Source of the DNA: a virus
Taxonomy: Duplodnaviria > Caudoviricetes
Length of the DNA: 64,000 nt
Direction: 5' to 3' (one strand)
Virus record (IMG/VR): IMGVR_UViG_3300042508_000526
Shown here piece by piece: positions 61,776 through 64,000 of the stretch. Made by a program: the position numbers and the translations under genes. Each line of letters begins with the position of its first letter. Position 1 is the stretch's first letter. The notes under the pieces were generated by a model. That model did not search any database. It was not told the origin of the DNA and was given only the letters and a program-made list of their open reading frames with translations.

Positions 61776-61849
61776 TAACCCGGGTGGGAGTCGAACCCAC
61801 AACAAGTAGATCCTAAGTCTACCGCCTCTGCCAATTGGGCTACCGAGTC
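61776..61849 (-). tRNA. tRNA-Leu(UAG) with short variable loop; no CCA
   Basis: GACTCGG/CCGGGTT acceptor, GTAGA-CTTAGGA-TCTAC anticodon arm, 5-nt variable region, GTGGG-TTCGACT-CCCAC. Confidence 0.85.
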
Positions 61850-61922
61850 ATTAAATGTGGCTGGTTGAGAAGGCAACCATTTAACCAAGCCCAACACCTT
61901 GCGAATGCGTTGGCACCACACA

Positions 61923-61994
61923 TGACCCCACGGGGATTCGAACCCCGATTATCGCCGTGAAAGGGCGGTGTCCTAACCATTAGACGATGGGGCC
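61923..61994 (-). tRNA. tRNA-Glu(UUC); no CCA
   Basis: GGCCCCA/TGGGGTC acceptor, CTTTCAC loop, CGGGG-TTCGAAT-CCCCG. Confidence 0.92.
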
Positions 61995-61998
61995 GCGG

Positions 61999-62160
61999 TC
62001 AGGCAAGTCCAACATACTCTGCTTTGCGCCAGAAGTACATTGGCATGCCGATTTGCATATGCCCGTCGCGGACGCGTGTATCCAGCGGGGCATTGTTCGA
62101 ATTTGCCCACGCAATGATACTCGTCACCGCATCGTCGCTCTGCACTGTTCTGTAAAGCAT
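61999..62160 (-). CDS. 53-aa hypothetical protein (not in ORF track)
   Basis: MLYRTVQSDDAVTSIIAWANSNNAPLDTRVRDGHMQIGMPMYFWRKAEYVGLA; GGAG 7 nt upstream. Confidence 0.55.
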   Translation of the reverse strand: MLYRTVQSDDAVTSIIAWANSNNAPLDTRVRDGHMQIGMPMYFWRKAEYVGLA

Positions 62161-62196
62161 TGGTACACTCCATTGTTATCAGAACACAAATCACAG

Positions 62197-62267
62197 TAGC
62201 CCGCCGAGGAGTCGAACCCCGCGTTGCGAGTTAATAAGACTCGCTTGCCAACCGGTTTCCGCGGGCC
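62197..62267 (-). tRNA. atypical tRNA, anticodon UAU (Ile), degenerate D arm
   Basis: GGCCCGC/GCGGGCT acceptor, CGAGT-CTTATTA-ACTCG, CGGGG-TTCGACT-CCTCG; no recognisable D stem, U at 37. Confidence 0.6.
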
Positions 62268-62353
62268 GGAACGAGCGGGTGCCGGAAGCTTGGGCTTCTC
62301 CCGGCACCCGCCCTACCAGACGCGACGCGCTTTAGCGTTTCGCGGCCAGTGTG

Positions 62354-62689
62354 CTATCGGTAGCGCTTGCAGGCGAACCAGCGGCCATTTGAGCCGCGTG
62401 CTACGCCTTGGTCAACTACCCGCATACCAGACCGAGAAAAGCAACAGTTACCCAACGCGGCTTCGGGAGTGCTCCCGCTGCCGACGCCTTCGTAACCGCT
62501 GTTGCCGCCGAAGTGGCGGCACTGCCCGCATCGAGCCTGCATCTCCGCAACGCCCTGCGCAGTCGCGTTGGTAGGCTGATAGTATCGCATCGGTTGATGC
62601 GACGTGTAGCTCTCGATGATGACAGGTCCGTCAGCGCAGGCAATCCCAGCAAGCACTGACAGCACAGAAAAAACACAGACGCGAATCAT
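62354..62689 (-). CDS. exported CAP/SCP-like Cys-rich protein
   Basis: signal peptide; HFGG..YEGVGSG...CC...GVARGSNGRWFAC resembles truncated CAP proteins. Confidence 0.6.
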   Translation of the reverse strand: MIRVCVFSVLSVLAGIACADGPVIIESYTSHQPMRYYQPTNATAQGVAEMQARCGQCRHFGGNSGYEGVGSGSTPEAALGNCCFSRSGMRVVDQGVARGSNGRWFACKRYR

Positions 62690-62760
62690 AGATCCTCCGT
62701 GAAGAGCTGCAGGTGCGCGCAGCCCAAAAAGATCAGCCCCGCACCGGGCTTTCTGACACT

Positions 62761-63123
62761 TCAGCAGCCAGCCGGCTGCAGCACGCGGCCTTTGATGACG
62801 CGGCTGCCCGGTTTCCGGCCGGTGTTACGCACCTTATGCGCAACGCCCATCCGAATCAACCGGTTGGCCCGGGCGGCGGTGAAGATGTAGTTGTTACCGA
62901 TCATCCTGTTGGGGAGGAACGGGTTACGGTCCAGTCCCTTGTTCCCATGGCGACGCGACTCATGCGCCTCCAAGAACTTTTCGGCCGCCGCTGCGCGAAG
63001 CCCGTAAAAACGGTTCATGGTCAAGGGGCGCAAACCCAACAACTCACGACCGAAGTTAATACGAGCCCGAATCTCACGCATTGAGATCGAGCAGCTGCAG
63101 AGCCACGGATCGTTCTTTGCCAC
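62761..63123 (-). CDS. basic hypothetical protein
   Basis: GTG start after AAGGAG; Arg-rich. Confidence 0.6.
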   Translation of the reverse strand: MAKNDPWLCSCSISMREIRARINFGRELLGLRPLTMNRFYGLRAAAAEKFLEAHESRRHGNKGLDRNPFLPNRMIGNNYIFTAARANRLIRMGVAHKVRNTGRKPGSRVIKGRVLQPAGC

Positions 63124-63226
63124 GATGGTCTCCTTATCATCCCTGATGTACAGCCGCACAGCGACTGTGTCCACTGAACAGCAAGTTACACCGTGTAACC
63201 TGCTTGCAGCCAAACGCTAGCTGCAA

Positions 63227-63299
63227 TGGCCGCGGGGGGACTCGAACCCCCGCCCTCCTGCGTGTAAAGCAGGCGCTCTACCAACTGAGCTACGCGGCT
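63227..63299 (-). tRNA. tRNA-Val(UAC); A1-C72 mismatch; no CCA
   Basis: GCTC-AGTTGGTA-GAGC, CCTGC-TTTACAC-GCAGG, GGGGG-TTCGAGT-CCCCC. Confidence 0.92.
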
Positions 63300-63307
63300 A
63301 CCGTACG

Positions 63308-63676
63308 CTATTCAGCGTCGGGTTTGATGGCGTCGAGCATGTCAACGATCTGCCGCATGTACCCACGCGGCGGAAGCGGTACCCAGCTTTTTGCGCGTTC
63401 TGGGTCGTACGGTCGCCAATATGGCGCATCGTCAGCGTCCACCACACCCCAATCGTTGTTAACAAACTTGTTGTGGTTGATGGCGTCGACAAGCCGTTGC
63501 GGCATATCTTCGTACACGAGTTGCCCGTCTGGGCCCTCGTAGCAGCACTGCGTTTGCACCGTGCTGTCGAATTTACCGATGTGGATTCCGATATTCGGAC
63601 CGAAGTAATAAACCATTTGGTTTTCTTCTGGCAGCCGATCGATACACCGAATCCATCCGTCGTTGTCCGCACTCAT
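63308..63676 (-). CDS. hypothetical protein (DUF551-like N-terminus)
   Basis: GWIRCIDRLPEENQMV motif. Confidence 0.65.
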   Translation of the reverse strand: MSADNDGWIRCIDRLPEENQMVYYFGPNIGIHIGKFDSTVQTQCCYEGPDGQLVYEDMPQRLVDAINHNKFVNNDWGVVDADDAPYWRPYDPERAKSWVPLPPRGYMRQIVDMLDAIKPDAE

Positions 63677-63954
63677 TCGTCTTCTTCCTCGTCGGGCGGG
63701 AACATGGCGTTCCAGCAGGTGTTGCAGATGCCGGACAGAAGAAACTCACGCTCGCTAGCGGGCAAGTACGGGAAACAATCCTGCACGTAATTGCCCGCTT
63801 CGAACCGCGCGTAGTCCTGCGGCTTGACGGTCACAGAGACCACCGTACCGCAGGAATAGCATGGACCCTCAATGAGGATCTGCTGCTCGCCACCATCGGT
63901 TACCTCTTCCGTGGTGCAGTTCCCGCGGAAGACGTACTTTGTTATCAAAGCCAT
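63673..63954 (-). CDS. Cys-rich hypothetical protein
   Basis: CYSCG..VQDCFPYLPASEREFLLSGICNTCW. Confidence 0.7.
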   Translation of the reverse strand: MALITKYVFRGNCTTEEVTDGGEQQILIEGPCYSCGTVVSVTVKPQDYARFEAGNYVQDCFPYLPASEREFLLSGICNTCWNAMFPPDEEEDE

Positions 63955-63984
63955 TGAGCACCTCCCGTGAAAAAAAAAACACAA

Positions 63985-64000
63985 TAGGAGCGGTGGGACT
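63985..64000 (-). tRNA. probable 3' end of a tRNA truncated by the window edge
   Basis: minus strand AGT-CCCAC-CGCTCCT-A = T-arm end plus acceptor strand. Confidence 0.4.

Noticed and set aside
61776-61849. Amber suppressor tRNA / stop-codon recoding
   Set aside because: Anticodon 5'-UAG-3' reads CUA (Leu), not UAG; long genes are open in the standard code and TAG, TGA and TAA all serve as stops
481-63790. Numerous long plus-strand ORFs in the track (e.g. 1852-3000, 10450-11235, 49516-50358, 58322-59356)
   Set aside because: They are antisense shadows of high-GC3 minus-strand genes, with no RBS and no recognisable motifs; only 54587-54916 is accepted
1-64000. CRISPR array
   Set aside because: No run of identical repeats with unique spacers seen; the promoter-motif copies are dispersed and the 56723/61046 repeats have only two units

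Overview
A 64-kb window of a large (jumbo-like) tailed phage genome. Nearly all genes are on the minus strand; the only credible plus-strand gene is a thioredoxin. The host is probably a high-GC Planctomycetota-type bacterium (inference from exported Cys-rich proteins and a protease-based envelope cassette). Positions ~1-49 kb are the late/virion region: head module (neck, major capsid, decoration, scaffold, prohead protease), a two-gene multisubunit RNA polymerase with an unusual split (beta fused to beta'-N-terminus; separate beta'-C-terminus; both beta' Zn sites lost), a peptidase/holin cassette, an actin-like ATPase operon, ferritin, PhoH, nucleases, and many Gly-zipper 'cargo' proteins. 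The cargo proteins share an N-terminal '[YF]EFG...K-x-A' leader and contain K-x-A-delimited enzyme modules: a 2H phosphoesterase, a nucleotidyltransferase, an SNF2 helicase, an acylphosphatase-like domain and a RelA/SpoT-like synthetase. Positions ~49-64 kb are short early-type transcription units with a conserved CTAAAT-N14-GGGYATAT promoter and intrinsic terminators, plus tmRNA, tRNAs and two S4-domain proteins. The strongest novelty candidates are (1) three large, ORF-free, heavily base-paired RNAs (~600, ~700-780 and ~340 nt) clustered with S4 RNA-binding proteins, tmRNA and atypical tRNAs, and (2) a K-x-A protease-processed virion polyprotein cargo system. All product calls are from motif recognition by eye; no database search or folding program was run.
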